Shown: piece after piece, positions 42,843-52,824 of the stretch
Numbering within the stretch: position 1 is the stretch's first letter
Layout: every line of letters starts with the position of its first letter
Virus record (IMG/VR): IMGVR_UViG_3300031992_000021
Span: 32,001-96,000 of that record
Length of the DNA stretch: 64,000 bases
DNA from: a virus
Taxonomy: Duplodnaviria > Caudoviricetes
Direction: 5' to 3' (one strand)
Program-made: the position numbers and the translations under genes
The notes under the pieces: model-generated
What the model was told of the DNA's origin: nothing
The model's database searches: none
Seen by the model: the letters and a program-made list of their open reading frames with translations, nothing else

Positions 42843-45800
42843 TCAAAGCACCCCGCTTGCAACCGTGACCGGTATGGGTTTGTTTGCGAAAGTAGAGAAC
42901 TTCTCTACCATGTCTCCTATGGCCTTGAGTATCTCGTATGATCCCGAGTCTTTCTTGCCGGCAGACTTTGTGACGTTGACGAGATCCTCCTCGAGCTTGT
43001 CGGCGCCACCGGACTTCCTCGCCTTCTCAAGACCCTTCTCGCCCTCAAGCAGGACCTTCGATCCGCTGACGCCTCCAAGTGTAGTTTCCGACATGCTGCG
43101 TATGAGAGCCATGTCGTAACCGGAATCGGTCCTTCCCTTGAGGGCCTTCTCCCTTATGATCTTCTCTGCCGCTTCGGACTTTTTCTTGTCTCCGCTTGAA
43201 AGGTCGGACAGGACATCCTCCTTGATTCCGGCCTTTGAAAGCCTTTTCCCAAGTTCCTCGATCTGCTTCCTGGTGTGCGCGACGGCCTCTCTCGTGAAGC
43301 TTGCGCCTCCGGCCTGTATCGCATTTGGAATGCGGTTCAGCGTAGCATCGGCGCTGATGTCGTCCTGCGCAGACACGGCAGCCGTCGCATTGGCTCCGAT
43401 GTTCACCTGGCGCATGTCTACGCCGGACTTGCTTGCGGCCATGGTCACAAGCGCCTGATCCTTGCTTCCTGCCGCATACATGGCATTGAACGTATTGTCT
43501 CTCGTCCCGCCATTGTATATCTTTCCGAACATGCTGTTCACCATCGAAGAGGAGACGTTGTCCCGCTTCTCGATGTCGTCGGCAGCCTTTTCAAGCCGTT
43601 CTTTCGTGGCCTTGTCTACGCCTTTTGCCCCAGCCCGCTCCCTGAGGGATTCCACCATGGCCCTCTTCGCATCCCCGCCATTCTTTGACGAGAACCGCCT
43701 CATGGCATTTTCGGAAATCCCCGAAATGTCATCGGACGAGACTCCCGCATCCTTGAGAATGTCCTCCATTCCAGAACGCCGGAGGTCGTTCAGGTCGAGA
43801 TCCTTTCCGTCCGCTCCCTTTCCGAGACCGATCGACTTGGCGAGCTCCAGGAATCTTCCGGTTGCCTGAGCGTCAGAACCGCCGAATTTGCCTTCGGTTA
43901 TGTCCTTCATCTCCTTGACCGCATTGCTTCTGAACGCCTCGGTGGTTTCGCCTATGGCGCTTTTTGCGGCGGAGAAGAACGCGGTTTTGTTCAGGTCCTT
44001 CTTCCTGAGACTTGAGTTCTTGTCCTGAGCCTGTTCCTTCAGCTGCTGTATGCGCTGCAGGCCTCCGCCCTTCTCAAGCTTCTTCTTCTGGTCTTCGGTA
44101 AGGCTGTCAAGCGCATTTACGAACGACTTGTCGAACGATCCGAACTCGTGAAGGCCCTGAAGCATGTTCTTGGCCACGCTCTCCTCAAGGGCTTTCTGGT
44201 CTTCGTCGCTCAGATCTCCTACGTTGCCGTCGAATATCTTGGCGACCATCCTCTTTGCCGCCTCCCTGTACGTCCCGGAGAGGTTTTCGTCGTCTCCCGT
44301 GAACACGACGTCCCTGCCCTCAAGCTCCTTTGCCTTTCTCGCAAACTCGTCCATTGCGGCATTGTCGGACTGGTTGTCAAAATCCTTTCCGGATATGAGC
44401 CCCTCAAGCTCCCCGGTACTCTCGACCCTTGAGCGCTTCACATCCCTTTCGAGCGATGTCATGCGCTCCTTGGTCGAATACTCCGGACGCTGCGACTCCT
44501 CGATCCTGTCCAGCCTCTTTTTCTCGAGCTCCGCCTGCCTCTTGGTGAACTTTCCTCCAAGCACGTTCTTTTTCAGCTCTTTTGCGTCCTTGGACTTCAT
44601 CCCTGCGGAAGAGAAATCCTTCAGGACCGAACCTACATCCTCTCCGCTGTTCAGCCGGTCTATGAACTCTTCCTTCTTGCTGTCGTTCCACGCCGTCGAA
44701 GACTTTACGGCATCGATCATCCTTCCCCGTGCCGCATCCTCCTCGTCCGAAGTCATGGTCGCATCATCTATCTGTTTCTTTGCCGCATCGATAATGGCGG
44801 TGTTCTCTATCCTCTGAAGTTTCGCACCGTCTATCCCCGGCCTTCCTGCAAGGAATTTGCGAAGGTCTGACAGCCCCATGGACTCCGCGCCCTCTTTCGT
44901 CAAGCCCTGCTCTACCGCAAGTTCGGAAAGCCTGCTCTTGACGGCGGCATCGCGCTCCTTGGAGTATCCGCTTCCGCCGGTTGTTCCGGAAATGTCGGAA
45001 TCGATGTCCCTTATCGCCTTTCCGAGAAGACGCTTTGCGCCAAACGCCTCCGCCTGGGCGAGATTTCCCTCCATTCCGGCCTGGTCGTATCGCTCCACGG
45101 CGCTCCCGGCCCTTACGCGAGCTGCCGCCTGAAGGGCTGGGTCGTTCATGTATTCCGAGAACATGTTCGCCCCTATCCGCTCCTTTATCATCCCGACCAT
45201 CCTGTTTGGATCGCCCTCCCTGAAAGACTGCTCGAACTGATTCCTCTCTTCCTCGGTGAAAAGATGCTCGTTGTCCGCGAACATCGCGGCAAGCGTCGCC
45301 CCGTTCGACGTGGCGTATGCCTGTGTCCTTCCATTTGCGGCAAGAAGGGCCTGGGCTTTCTGCTGTTCCGTCGCTCCTGGATTGGTCGCAGCCCACATGT
45401 TGTAAGCCATCGTGCCGTTGTACGCCATGTTGGTCATCAGACCTGAAAAACCGGACGCCTCTCCAACATAGGAGTTGATGCCCATGCCTTCAACCATTCC
45501 GCTCTGCATCTTGGTCATGTTCGCATACGCCTCCTGTGGCGATATGCCGGCCATGGCTGACGTTATCCTTATTGCAGTGGCCATCCTCTTGGCCTTCTCG
45601 GCCACCGCGGTGGCCTGCTCGGCCGTTCCGCCGAGGAAGTTCCCTCCTGCAAGCCTGTCCATAAGTCCTATCGCGTCCTTGACGCTTCCCGTGATCTTTG
45701 AAAGCATGGATGCCGCTTCATTGAACTTCGATCCAAGCTTCTCGAGGTTGTTCTTGAACTCGCCGGCGTCTTTTTCAGGGTCAAGCGTCCTTCCTGTAGG

Positions 45801-46424
45801 GCTTGACGTGTCTATACCTCCGAACGGGTCGCTCCTTTTGTATTCCCTGTACGGAATTTCAGAGGACAGGAGTCTCTGGGCCATCATGCCCATCTCGTCC
45901 ATGTTCAGTCCATGGCTGAAGTCTATGTTGTACCCTCCATTCTCCCTTGTGCCAAGGCTGTACATTGTCCTGCCCATGCTCATGGCCCTTCTGTGCGAAG
46001 CCATTACGCTGTACGGATTGAACATCTCGGTCGGCCCAAAACCTGCGGCTTCCCCTATGCCAGAAGCACCGCCGGCTATCTGACTGAAGAACCTTTCTCC
46101 GTTCGGCACGCCAAGAACGGCCCCGAACGTATCTGGCGCCAGATGGTACATGGAGCCGAACATTGACGAAAGCCCCTGTCCAAGTCCGGAAAGAGGGTTT
46201 ACGCCAATCCTGTCCACAAACATCTCGGCAGCCCGGCTTATCGTCTCTTGACTCTGTCTTAGGGGGACGGCCTTTGTGGCGTTCGACATCTGGGCATTCA
46301 TCATCGCCGACAGTCCGTCGATTCCGGCGGCGCCCTGTCCGGCGCCTCCAAGGGCGCGGACGATGCTGCCGATGTCCGAACCGGACATCAGCATGGGAAG
46401 GAGTATGCCTAGAAGATCGTTCAT
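42843..46424 (-). CDS. Tail tape measure protein
   Basis: 1193 aa, Ala/Gly/Met/charged helical composition. Immediately downstream of the frameshifted chaperone pair. Confidence 0.85.
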   Translation of the reverse strand: MNDLLGILLPMLMSGSDIGSIVRALGGAGQGAAGIDGLSAMMNAQMSNATKAVPLRQSQETISRAAEMFVDRIGVNPLSGLGQGLSSMFGSMYHLAPDTFGAVLGVPNGERFFSQIAGGASGIGEAAGFGPTEMFNPYSVMASHRRAMSMGRTMYSLGTRENGGYNIDFSHGLNMDEMGMMAQRLLSSEIPYREYKRSDPFGGIDTSSPTGRTLDPEKDAGEFKNNLEKLGSKFNEAASMLSKITGSVKDAIGLMDRLAGGNFLGGTAEQATAVAEKAKRMATAIRITSAMAGISPQEAYANMTKMQSGMVEGMGINSYVGEASGFSGLMTNMAYNGTMAYNMWAATNPGATEQQKAQALLAANGRTQAYATSNGATLAAMFADNEHLFTEEERNQFEQSFREGDPNRMVGMIKERIGANMFSEYMNDPALQAAARVRAGSAVERYDQAGMEGNLAQAEAFGAKRLLGKAIRDIDSDISGTTGGSGYSKERDAAVKSRLSELAVEQGLTKEGAESMGLSDLRKFLAGRPGIDGAKLQRIENTAIIDAAKKQIDDATMTSDEEDAARGRMIDAVKSSTAWNDSKKEEFIDRLNSGEDVGSVLKDFSSAGMKSKDAKELKKNVLGGKFTKRQAELEKKRLDRIEESQRPEYSTKERMTSLERDVKRSRVESTGELEGLISGKDFDNQSDNAAMDEFARKAKELEGRDVVFTGDDENLSGTYREAAKRMVAKIFDGNVGDLSDEDQKALEESVAKNMLQGLHEFGSFDKSFVNALDSLTEDQKKKLEKGGGLQRIQQLKEQAQDKNSSLRKKDLNKTAFFSAAKSAIGETTEAFRSNAVKEMKDITEGKFGGSDAQATGRFLELAKSIGLGKGADGKDLDLNDLRRSGMEDILKDAGVSSDDISGISENAMRRFSSKNGGDAKRAMVESLRERAGAKGVDKATKERLEKAADDIEKRDNVSSSMVNSMFGKIYNGGTRDNTFNAMYAAGSKDQALVTMAASKSGVDMRQVNIGANATAAVSAQDDISADATLNRIPNAIQAGGASFTREAVAHTRKQIEELGKRLSKAGIKEDVLSDLSSGDKKKSEAAEKIIREKALKGRTDSGYDMALIRSMSETTLGGVSGSKVLLEGEKGLEKARKSGGADKLEEDLVNVTKSAGKKDSGSYEILKAIGDMVEKFSTFANKPIPVTVASGVL

Positions 46425-46430
46425 TTTCCG

Positions 46431-46464
46431 ATTATATTATACCATTTAGGGGTCTGTCGGTAAA
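46431..46464 (-). promoter_or_regulatory. Promoter TTTACC-N17-TATAAT with TG extension (overlapping tandem TATAAT); leaderless or short-leader tape measure mRNA
   Basis: TGGTATAATATAAT ends 6 nt before ATG 46424. Confidence 0.65.
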
Positions 46465-46856
46465 CCGTCAGACGCTTCTGCCGAGTGTGCCGCGGAGGCT
46501 TTTTTCGATGCCTCTATTTCGTCAAGTTCGTCGAAATATCGGTCGTAATCAACGTCTTTTCCTGCGTCTCCGTCGAACCTTACGTACGGAAATGCAATCC
46601 TGAGCATGAATCTACGCCTTTCGTCTATCGACTCTATTGCCGAATCGACGTCTATCTTGCCGTGCGACAGTATGGAAGCCGACGACATGATGCCGCATTG
46701 CATGACGGATATGAGATCCCTCCTCTCAAGGATATCCCTTCGGCATCGCCTGTGGATCCAGGTATGCCAGAAAACAGCCTTCCGTCCGTCTTCAAGCAGC
46801 CTGCAATCGTACCCGATAGCGCCCTCGAACTCCCTCAGGGCGTATCGGGACTCCAA
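46446..46856 (-). CDS. Tail assembly chaperone, frameshift extension (gpGT-like C-terminal part)
   Basis: Frame is entered by a -1 shift at the A-AAT-TTT heptamer. The annotated TTG start is the codon immediately after it. Confidence 0.8.
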   Translation of the reverse strand: MESRYALREFEGAIGYDCRLLEDGRKAVFWHTWIHRRCRRDILERRDLISVMQCGIMSSASILSHGKIDVDSAIESIDERRRFMLRIAFPYVRFDGDAGKDVDYDRYFDELDEIEASKKASAAHSAEASDGLPTDP

Positions 46857-46862
46857 AAATTT
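46812..46862 (-). promoter_or_regulatory. Programmed -1 ribosomal frameshift signal
   Basis: In-frame heptamer A AAT TTT (46862-46856), 6-nt spacer, then a 13-bp stem-loop CCCGATA-CGCCCT/AGGGCG-C-TATCGGG (46849-46812). Confidence 0.85.
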
Positions 46863-47533
46863 TCATTCTCGGCCTCTTTGCACAGCGTGGAGTATATCAG
46901 GTCGAAGTCCGATATGCACTTTATCACGGCGGAGAACACGCCATATCCTAGACCATCCCAAAATGCCGACCTTTCCACCCACCCAGGCTGCTTGACGGTC
47001 TTTCCGTCGCTTTCAAGCGTCTCGAAGAGCGGCTCCTCAAGAGCCGGCATTTCAGTTCCGTTGTATCTTGCGATCTGAGCGGCGGCAAGGTATTTCCTGT
47101 ATCTGCCGGAAGTAAGCCCGGCCGGATCCTTCGCTCCGCTTTTCACAGTCCATGCCGCAAGCGCGTTCGTCTCGTCGGCCGTAAGCGAACGCACCGTAAG
47201 CTTGATCTTCCCTCCGAAAAGAGAATAGTCCTTTGTGTACCTCGTGTTTCCGACAACCGCGTCGATGAACGCAATCTTGTCCTCAGGGGACACCACTACG
47301 CTCTTTTTGCCGTTTCCGAGGTCTATTTCAGATGACGAGCTTAGATTCTCTTCAGAGAACGCACCGTCCTTCTTTTCGTTTTCGGATGACTGCGCGGCTT
47401 CAGGCTTCTCAACCTCTGCGGCATCGCTGACAGCCACGTTTGGTTCTTTGGCCTTTTCAGGCGTTTCGGGATTTCCCGAATCGTTTCCCATTATTGTCAT
47501 TGCTCTTCCCTTCTTTTGTTTACTTTCTGACAA
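46835..47533 (-). CDS. Tail assembly chaperone (gpG-like)
   Basis: LTVRSLT..E motif. Lies upstream of the tape measure and ends just after the slippery site. Confidence 0.8.
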   Translation of the reverse strand: MSESKQKKGRAMTIMGNDSGNPETPEKAKEPNVAVSDAAEVEKPEAAQSSENEKKDGAFSEENLSSSSEIDLGNGKKSVVVSPEDKIAFIDAVVGNTRYTKDYSLFGGKIKLTVRSLTADETNALAAWTVKSGAKDPAGLTSGRYRKYLAAAQIARYNGTEMPALEEPLFETLESDGKTVKQPGWVERSAFWDGLGYGVFSAVIKCISDFDLIYSTLCKEAENENFWSPDTP

Positions 47534-49979
47534 GATATCCGCCCTTGAGCTTCACCGGGCTTATCTGAGACTTCTCCTTCACGGTCTTGCGGCTCACGTT
47601 GAATCCGTCAGACGTGAGGTTCTTGGGCTGAAGACCGTCGAGCTGGGCGTATTCGGCCGAATCCTCGGCCTCCTTGCCGGGAAACGGCTTTCCGTTCTCC
47701 CACTCCGGCTTTTCCTCGTAGGCCTTGGAGTCGACGCCTCCGTTTTTGAGCGTCTCGTAGATCTTCATCACCTGCACCCACGCAGGCTCGTACATCCTGA
47801 AATTTCCTCCGGATCCGCCTATCGACCACGGCTTGTCCGTTCCGCATTCCTGGGAAGTCCTGAATCCGAACACCATCTTTTCAAGAGCTTCCGCGCTGAA
47901 TCCCTCCGAAGCCTGCTTTTCGTCCGCGAGGTCTTTCGTCGCCTCGACGAACATAGGCAGATATTCGGCCGCGATATTGCCGACGTCCTCCCATGTCATC
48001 GGTATCGGAGTCTTGGACCCCCTTGTTAGCGTGAGTCCGTTTGCCGCATAGATTCCTATTGACCTGGCTATCGCACTGAACGAGTTCCTGTTCACCGCCA
48101 TGGCGGCGCCTTCGGAAGCGATGTATGTGGTCTTGGTCCTCGCCCTTAACATCTTGGCGCCTATGTCCACACGCCCGTCGATGCTCTTGTCTCCGGAAAC
48201 GATCTTCGTGACTTTCCTCGACCTCACGACCACCTTCTGCCCGTCTACAACGACACCCTGGTTTTTCGTGCGAATCGTTATGCCGGCAACGCGAGCCTGC
48301 TCGCCCTTGTCCTTGCCGTCCCACGGAGACACGCCCTTGCCCCTGGATTCGATTATGACGCCTCCGGAATACTGGCTTTCGTCTCCTCCGCCAAGGATCT
48401 CCATGTTCCTGGCGGCGCTCAGACGTACATCGTGCTCCGACGCATGGATGTCTACCGAGTTCTGCGCCTTGTGGACGATGTCGTCTCCGGCTATCGTGAG
48501 AGCCGTCTTTCCGGGGAGCAGCATTACGTTTCCGGCGCACGAGATCGATACATTTCCTCCAAGCATGACGATCTCGCTGCCCCAGGCATCACGGATGATG
48601 ATGCTGCCGTCCTCTCCGATGTACGCGCCGGCACGCCTCTTGTCGTACTTTTTGAGCTTTACGGTCTCGTTGCCGTCGAACTTCTCGTCGTACTTGTCCG
48701 AAAGCGGCTTCAGGTCCTCCTCCTGCGGAACGTGGTAGTCAGGTTCCTTGAGACCAAGCCCGTCAACCCTTGCATACTGAGTCTTTAGGTCGTACGCCTG
48801 ACGGTCGAACAGTTCAAGCTGCCTGTAGCATGGGTCGGATTCGTCATGCTCGAAAGGCTTGAGCACCTCTGGATCCTCGTGATCGTGATCCTTGTCTGTA
48901 GGATAGCACTTGCGCACAGGAACCGGAATGCGGCCGGTGCGCTCTATCGCAATCATTCCGGCCGCGGACAGGCGATACTGCCCGGAAGGGTCGATCGTCT
49001 CGCGGCTAACGCCCTCCTCGTTCGGCTCGTCTCCCTGCTTGCGCACTCCAGAACCTGCAGGATCTGGACGCAGGCAGAAGTTTGAGCGCAGATGCCCGAA
49101 GAATCCTGCAAGATCCTTGATTCTCGGACGCATCGTCTGGTTATTCCCCTCTACCGGCTCTTTAGAGTCTTCTTTCCATACCCTTGCCTGTTTGGTGGCT
49201 CCTCCAAGACGTTCCTCCTGATAAAGGGCGAAGTTTCTTTCGGAAGAAAGGAAGCGTGCGTTGTGGAACTCATGCACTCCACCAAATATCGAGAACCGCT
49301 GGTACGTGTCGCATGCGAGTCTGGCGAGGTTCGATAGGGCAGACATCCTTAGCGACGCTCCGCCGCCGAGAAGCGTGGCCGAGAAAAGCCCACCCTTTAT
49401 GCCGCAGTTGTGCTGGTTTACGTGGGAGAACTCTCCAGGATACACGTCTGTCGGCCGGAAGTGAGTAGAGACATGCGTGGAATCGTCGTCCTTGTTCTCC
49501 ATCGGCGTCACAAAGCAGGGGATGTTCCTGTCCCATGTGCTCTTCTTCTCTTCGTCCCATGTGAACGAACGCCTGTGGTACTGGTCCGGATCGTTGTACT
49601 TGTCACCTCCGTTTCCGGAGAAGTTGAGATGGTACGGGATTCTGCCGATGATCACGCCCGCATTTGCGAACGCCGCCACCTCAAGAACGAGAACAAACTC
49701 TCCCTCACGAGCCGGATGCGTCTCGGAGAATCCGAACGAATACGACAGGAGTTCGTCTGCGAACACGCACGACCAGATGCTCGAATCCTCCTGCATCAGC
49801 ACGGCGGCGCTGTGCGCCTGCGGATGGTATGCGATTACAAGTCCCTGGCGGAACACGTTCTGCTTTCCATACACCGAATTGAAGAAGTTCGACACGCCAA
49901 GCGGGTCGTCGTTGCCGAAAACGGGAGCCGAACCCCTTCCAAGCTGTATCGTGGAGAATTTTGCCAGTCTGTCCTTCAT
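47520..49979 (-). CDS. Baseplate central spike (T4 gp5/VgrG-like)
   Basis: N-terminal OB-like G.V...P.EG..VLV...IIG.IP. Beta-helix run DGSIIIRD..GS.I.M.GGNV.IS..GNV...AGDD...A..SVDI.A. Confidence 0.7.
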   Translation of the reverse strand: MKDRLAKFSTIQLGRGSAPVFGNDDPLGVSNFFNSVYGKQNVFRQGLVIAYHPQAHSAAVLMQEDSSIWSCVFADELLSYSFGFSETHPAREGEFVLVLEVAAFANAGVIIGRIPYHLNFSGNGGDKYNDPDQYHRRSFTWDEEKKSTWDRNIPCFVTPMENKDDDSTHVSTHFRPTDVYPGEFSHVNQHNCGIKGGLFSATLLGGGASLRMSALSNLARLACDTYQRFSIFGGVHEFHNARFLSSERNFALYQEERLGGATKQARVWKEDSKEPVEGNNQTMRPRIKDLAGFFGHLRSNFCLRPDPAGSGVRKQGDEPNEEGVSRETIDPSGQYRLSAAGMIAIERTGRIPVPVRKCYPTDKDHDHEDPEVLKPFEHDESDPCYRQLELFDRQAYDLKTQYARVDGLGLKEPDYHVPQEEDLKPLSDKYDEKFDGNETVKLKKYDKRRAGAYIGEDGSIIIRDAWGSEIVMLGGNVSISCAGNVMLLPGKTALTIAGDDIVHKAQNSVDIHASEHDVRLSAARNMEILGGGDESQYSGGVIIESRGKGVSPWDGKDKGEQARVAGITIRTKNQGVVVDGQKVVVRSRKVTKIVSGDKSIDGRVDIGAKMLRARTKTTYIASEGAAMAVNRNSFSAIARSIGIYAANGLTLTRGSKTPIPMTWEDVGNIAAEYLPMFVEATKDLADEKQASEGFSAEALEKMVFGFRTSQECGTDKPWSIGGSGGNFRMYEPAWVQVMKIYETLKNGGVDSKAYEEKPEWENGKPFPGKEAEDSAEYAQLDGLQPKNLTSDGFNVSRKTVKEKSQISPVKLKGGYLVRK

Positions 49980-49988
49980 CGGAATTGT

Positions 49989-49997
49989 ATTATATCA
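49989..49997 (-). promoter_or_regulatory. Extended -10 promoter (TGATATAAT); near-leaderless start at 49979
   Basis: 9 nt from the -10 box to the ATG. Located just after the tube terminator. Confidence 0.65.
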
Positions 49998-50009
49998 AAA
50001 TATTGACCG

Positions 50010-50047
50010 AAAATAAACGAGGGCCCCGGATGTCTCCGGGACCCCCG
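50010..50047 (-). terminator. Intrinsic terminator after the tail tube gene
   Basis: GGGGGTCCCGGA-GACA-TCCGGGGCCCTC stem followed by GTTTATTTT. Confidence 0.75.
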
Positions 50048-50072
50048 CTCATGCCTACAGCGCTTGTGCAGG

Positions 50073-50507
50073 TCAGGACATTTCGAGAGCCGTGAACGTG
50101 ACTTGGACGCCCTGTGCGACGTATCCACGTCCGCCCTGCGCGTCCACGGACACGTTGGAGGCGAAGCAGTTCTTTGCCGTGACCGTCTTGCCGGCCATGT
50201 CGCAAGCGTCATTGCCGTCGAACTTGATCGTCATGTCGAACGGCGTGCAGTCGTCTCCAGAGAGCTTGAACGCCTTGAAGGCGTCAACGCCCTTGGCGAG
50301 TATCGTGTTCGCCGTGAACTGGCCCTGGGGCTCGCCGAGGCTTACAACGCGCTTCTTGCTGAGCGCAGGGACGATCTCGACCTGACGGCCGAACTGCACC
50401 TGCACTCCGAGAGCGAGGAGCGTGGATCCGCCTACTGTGACGATGGCCTTTCCGGCCTTGATTACAATAGGCTTGTCGGTAGAACCGCCGAATACGGAGT
50501 TTGCCAT
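50073..50507 (-). CDS. Tail tube protein
   Basis: 144 aa, beta-rich, directly after the sheath, followed by a terminator, high-expression codon usage. Confidence 0.75.
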   Translation of the reverse strand: MANSVFGGSTDKPIVIKAGKAIVTVGGSTLLALGVQVQFGRQVEIVPALSKKRVVSLGEPQGQFTANTILAKGVDAFKAFKLSGDDCTPFDMTIKFDGNDACDMAGKTVTAKNCFASNVSVDAQGGRGYVAQGVQVTFTALEMS

Positions 50508-50526
50508 GTTCTATTCCTCTCTTTCC

Positions 50527-52761
50527 TTAGACTGTGAGAACGATGTCGATGTTGTTGCACGGATACGGGACGCCGAGCGAGATCGCCACGTCCACGTGAT
50601 CCTTCATGAGCTCGTTCTGGCGTATGTACTTGATCTCCGTCTCATCGGTGATGAGCTGTGGACCGTATACGCTCGTGCTGCCGCCGAACTGGCTGATGAG
50701 CTGCTTTGCGAGATTCTCGAGGATTGCCACGAGCTCTGGCGTGATGTTGTACTTGCCGTAGTACGGGCGGAACACCTGCGCGAACGCATACGAGATGCTG
50801 TCCACGTTCTTCGTGATCGAGAGCTCGGCAGTGTTGAGGTTGCCATCCGGATACGCCGTGGTGATCTGGTGGCGGACGTACACGAGGTCGTTCGGAAGAT
50901 CCTGGGCGACGATGAACGTGCCGCCGGCGGCGATCGTGTCGAGCTGCGTCTTGTTGTACGTCTGGTACACAAGCGGGATGTCGTCGATGCCACGCACCGT
51001 CACGTTCGTGATGGGCTGCTGCGGCTCGGTCGCGGAGATGAGTCCGGCCACCGCGCACGCGGCGAACTCGCCGGTCATCGTCACGCCGTCGTTCTTGAAC
51101 ACCGACGGGAAGACGTTGAGCATGCGGCGGGAAGCCATCGCCTTGGAAACCGAAGCGATGACCTCTGCGGACTCCGCTGCGGTGTAGGTGTGATAGATCT
51201 CTACCTTCTCAGGAACGTAGTTGCCTGTACCGGCCGTGAGATTCGTGACGTCGATGTCCTCCGTGACCTCAACCGTGTAGTTGTTGATCACGCGCTTCAC
51301 GACGTAGGTGGCGTACTTGGCATCGCCCCAGGCGTCGTTGCGGAAGCAGAACCTGACCCTGTCGCCGGGAACGACTGTCGAGCGGAACGCCGTGTCGGTG
51401 TTGCCGTTCACGTTGTCGGTAGCCTTGACCACGCGGAACTTGTTGTAGTCCGTGAGTCCGGTCTGGATGCCGCTGTCGGACACGGGGATTGCGAGGAACT
51501 CGTCTCCCTGGGGATCCATCGCCGCGCTGAGCTTCGCGACTTCATCAGGAACCTCGGCAGACGCGGCGGCTATACGCCACATCTTCACGGTCTTCGTCGA
51601 CATCTCAAGGACGTGGCTGCGGACGAGTTCGAGAACCGCCTCGTCGCGTGTCGTCGGAGCGAACACGTAGGCGCGGTCGGTGAGGGTCGCCCTGTTGAGC
51701 ACCGCGTCGTAGCCGTCCTTGTCGTCGGACGGAACCGACATGAAGAACACCGGAGGAGCCTCGTCGCCGTCGTCCGTGGCCGAGTTGAGGGCGGCCATGT
51801 AGACGCCCATCGCGAGCGGGTTGTCGGGGTCGACCTTGCCGAGCATGTTCGCGACTTCAGAAGCCCCTGTGACGGAATGGAAGGTGTCTGCATAGGACAC
51901 GATCAGCTCGCGGAACGTGACGAACAGGTCTGCGAAAAGGACCGGACAGTATTCGGGATCGGCGAAGAAGCCGGACACGAGGACGTTGAGCGCAGTGACC
52001 TTTACGCCCTTGAACGTCTCGCCGTCGACGGTGTACTTGCCCTGTTCCCACTGATATCCGGAGCCGGCCGAAATGTTCTTCCTGGTGAACTCGACACCGT
52101 TCATCACTCCGACGAGCTTGACCTTTACGGAATCCGTGTCGGCGGTCTCGGGTATCGCGTCCTCGATCGTCACAAGCGTTCCTGCGACGCCTTCGGTTGA
52201 GGAGTCGCTGTCGATGTTCCACGCCTCGGAGCTGTACTTGACGTCGACGATCTTGGTCTTGATCGTGCTCGTCGGCGCTCCGGTTCCGCTCTCCTTGTAC
52301 GAAACGAGAAGGATGTCTCCGGCCGCAAGGTTGCGCGGAAGAGAAGCGTCACGCGTCGCGGGGCTGCCGGATATGTCGCGATCCACAAAAATCTTCCCTG
52401 CGAAGAGGAGCTTCGTGAAGCCTCCGTTCTCCGCACGGACAGATGCAGAAACGCCGGTCTCAGGCAGGGTGGCCTTCGCCGTATTAGGCGTAAGGTTGGC
52501 GAGCTCGACGACCACGTTGTCGCCATGAAGCTTCGTGTACTTTGCGTCAACCGCATCCTCGTCGATAGCCCCAGGATACTTGAAGGACTTCTCTGAGCCG
52601 TCGAAAGTGCCGACCGCAGTTCCGGACTTCTCATCGTCGTTCGAGTACCGATGGAGCTCGTAGTTCGGCCCGAATATGAATGCGGGCTGGTCGCGCTCGA
52701 TCGAAGTCGGTGCGATCGTCATGTTCTGGTCGACTGTGACCATTGGTCTCTGGTATGCCAT
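50527..52761 (-). CDS. Tail sheath protein
   Basis: MAYQRP.V.V.Q N-terminus. DNPLA.G..A. AVAGL.S...PQQPITN. QLD.I.AGG...VRHQITT...ELSITKNVD. YPCNNI.I C-terminus. Confidence 0.9.
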   Translation of the reverse strand: MAYQRPMVTVDQNMTIAPTSIERDQPAFIFGPNYELHRYSNDDEKSGTAVGTFDGSEKSFKYPGAIDEDAVDAKYTKLHGDNVVVELANLTPNTAKATLPETGVSASVRAENGGFTKLLFAGKIFVDRDISGSPATRDASLPRNLAAGDILLVSYKESGTGAPTSTIKTKIVDVKYSSEAWNIDSDSSTEGVAGTLVTIEDAIPETADTDSVKVKLVGVMNGVEFTRKNISAGSGYQWEQGKYTVDGETFKGVKVTALNVLVSGFFADPEYCPVLFADLFVTFRELIVSYADTFHSVTGASEVANMLGKVDPDNPLAMGVYMAALNSATDDGDEAPPVFFMSVPSDDKDGYDAVLNRATLTDRAYVFAPTTRDEAVLELVRSHVLEMSTKTVKMWRIAAASAEVPDEVAKLSAAMDPQGDEFLAIPVSDSGIQTGLTDYNKFRVVKATDNVNGNTDTAFRSTVVPGDRVRFCFRNDAWGDAKYATYVVKRVINNYTVEVTEDIDVTNLTAGTGNYVPEKVEIYHTYTAAESAEVIASVSKAMASRRMLNVFPSVFKNDGVTMTGEFAACAVAGLISATEPQQPITNVTVRGIDDIPLVYQTYNKTQLDTIAAGGTFIVAQDLPNDLVYVRHQITTAYPDGNLNTAELSITKNVDSISYAFAQVFRPYYGKYNITPELVAILENLAKQLISQFGGSTSVYGPQLITDETEIKYIRQNELMKDHVDVAISLGVPYPCNNIDIVLTV

Positions 52762-52824
52762 CTTTTTCTCCTTTTAGGCTTGTTTGTGTTTGCCCAAATC
52801 GTTTAGTGCTCCGTTCATGCTGAT

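Noticed and set aside
50422-52200. Long plus-strand ORFs (also 10191..11162, 12948..14165, 32669..33988, 54893..56290, 59447..60874)
   Set aside because: These are antisense shadows of strongly codon-biased minus-strand genes in GC-rich DNA, with no recognisable motifs or start signals.
32252-52761. Tailocin or extracellular contractile injection system interpretation
   Set aside because: Portal, capsid, decoration, scaffold and neck genes are also present, so this is a complete phage morphogenesis region.
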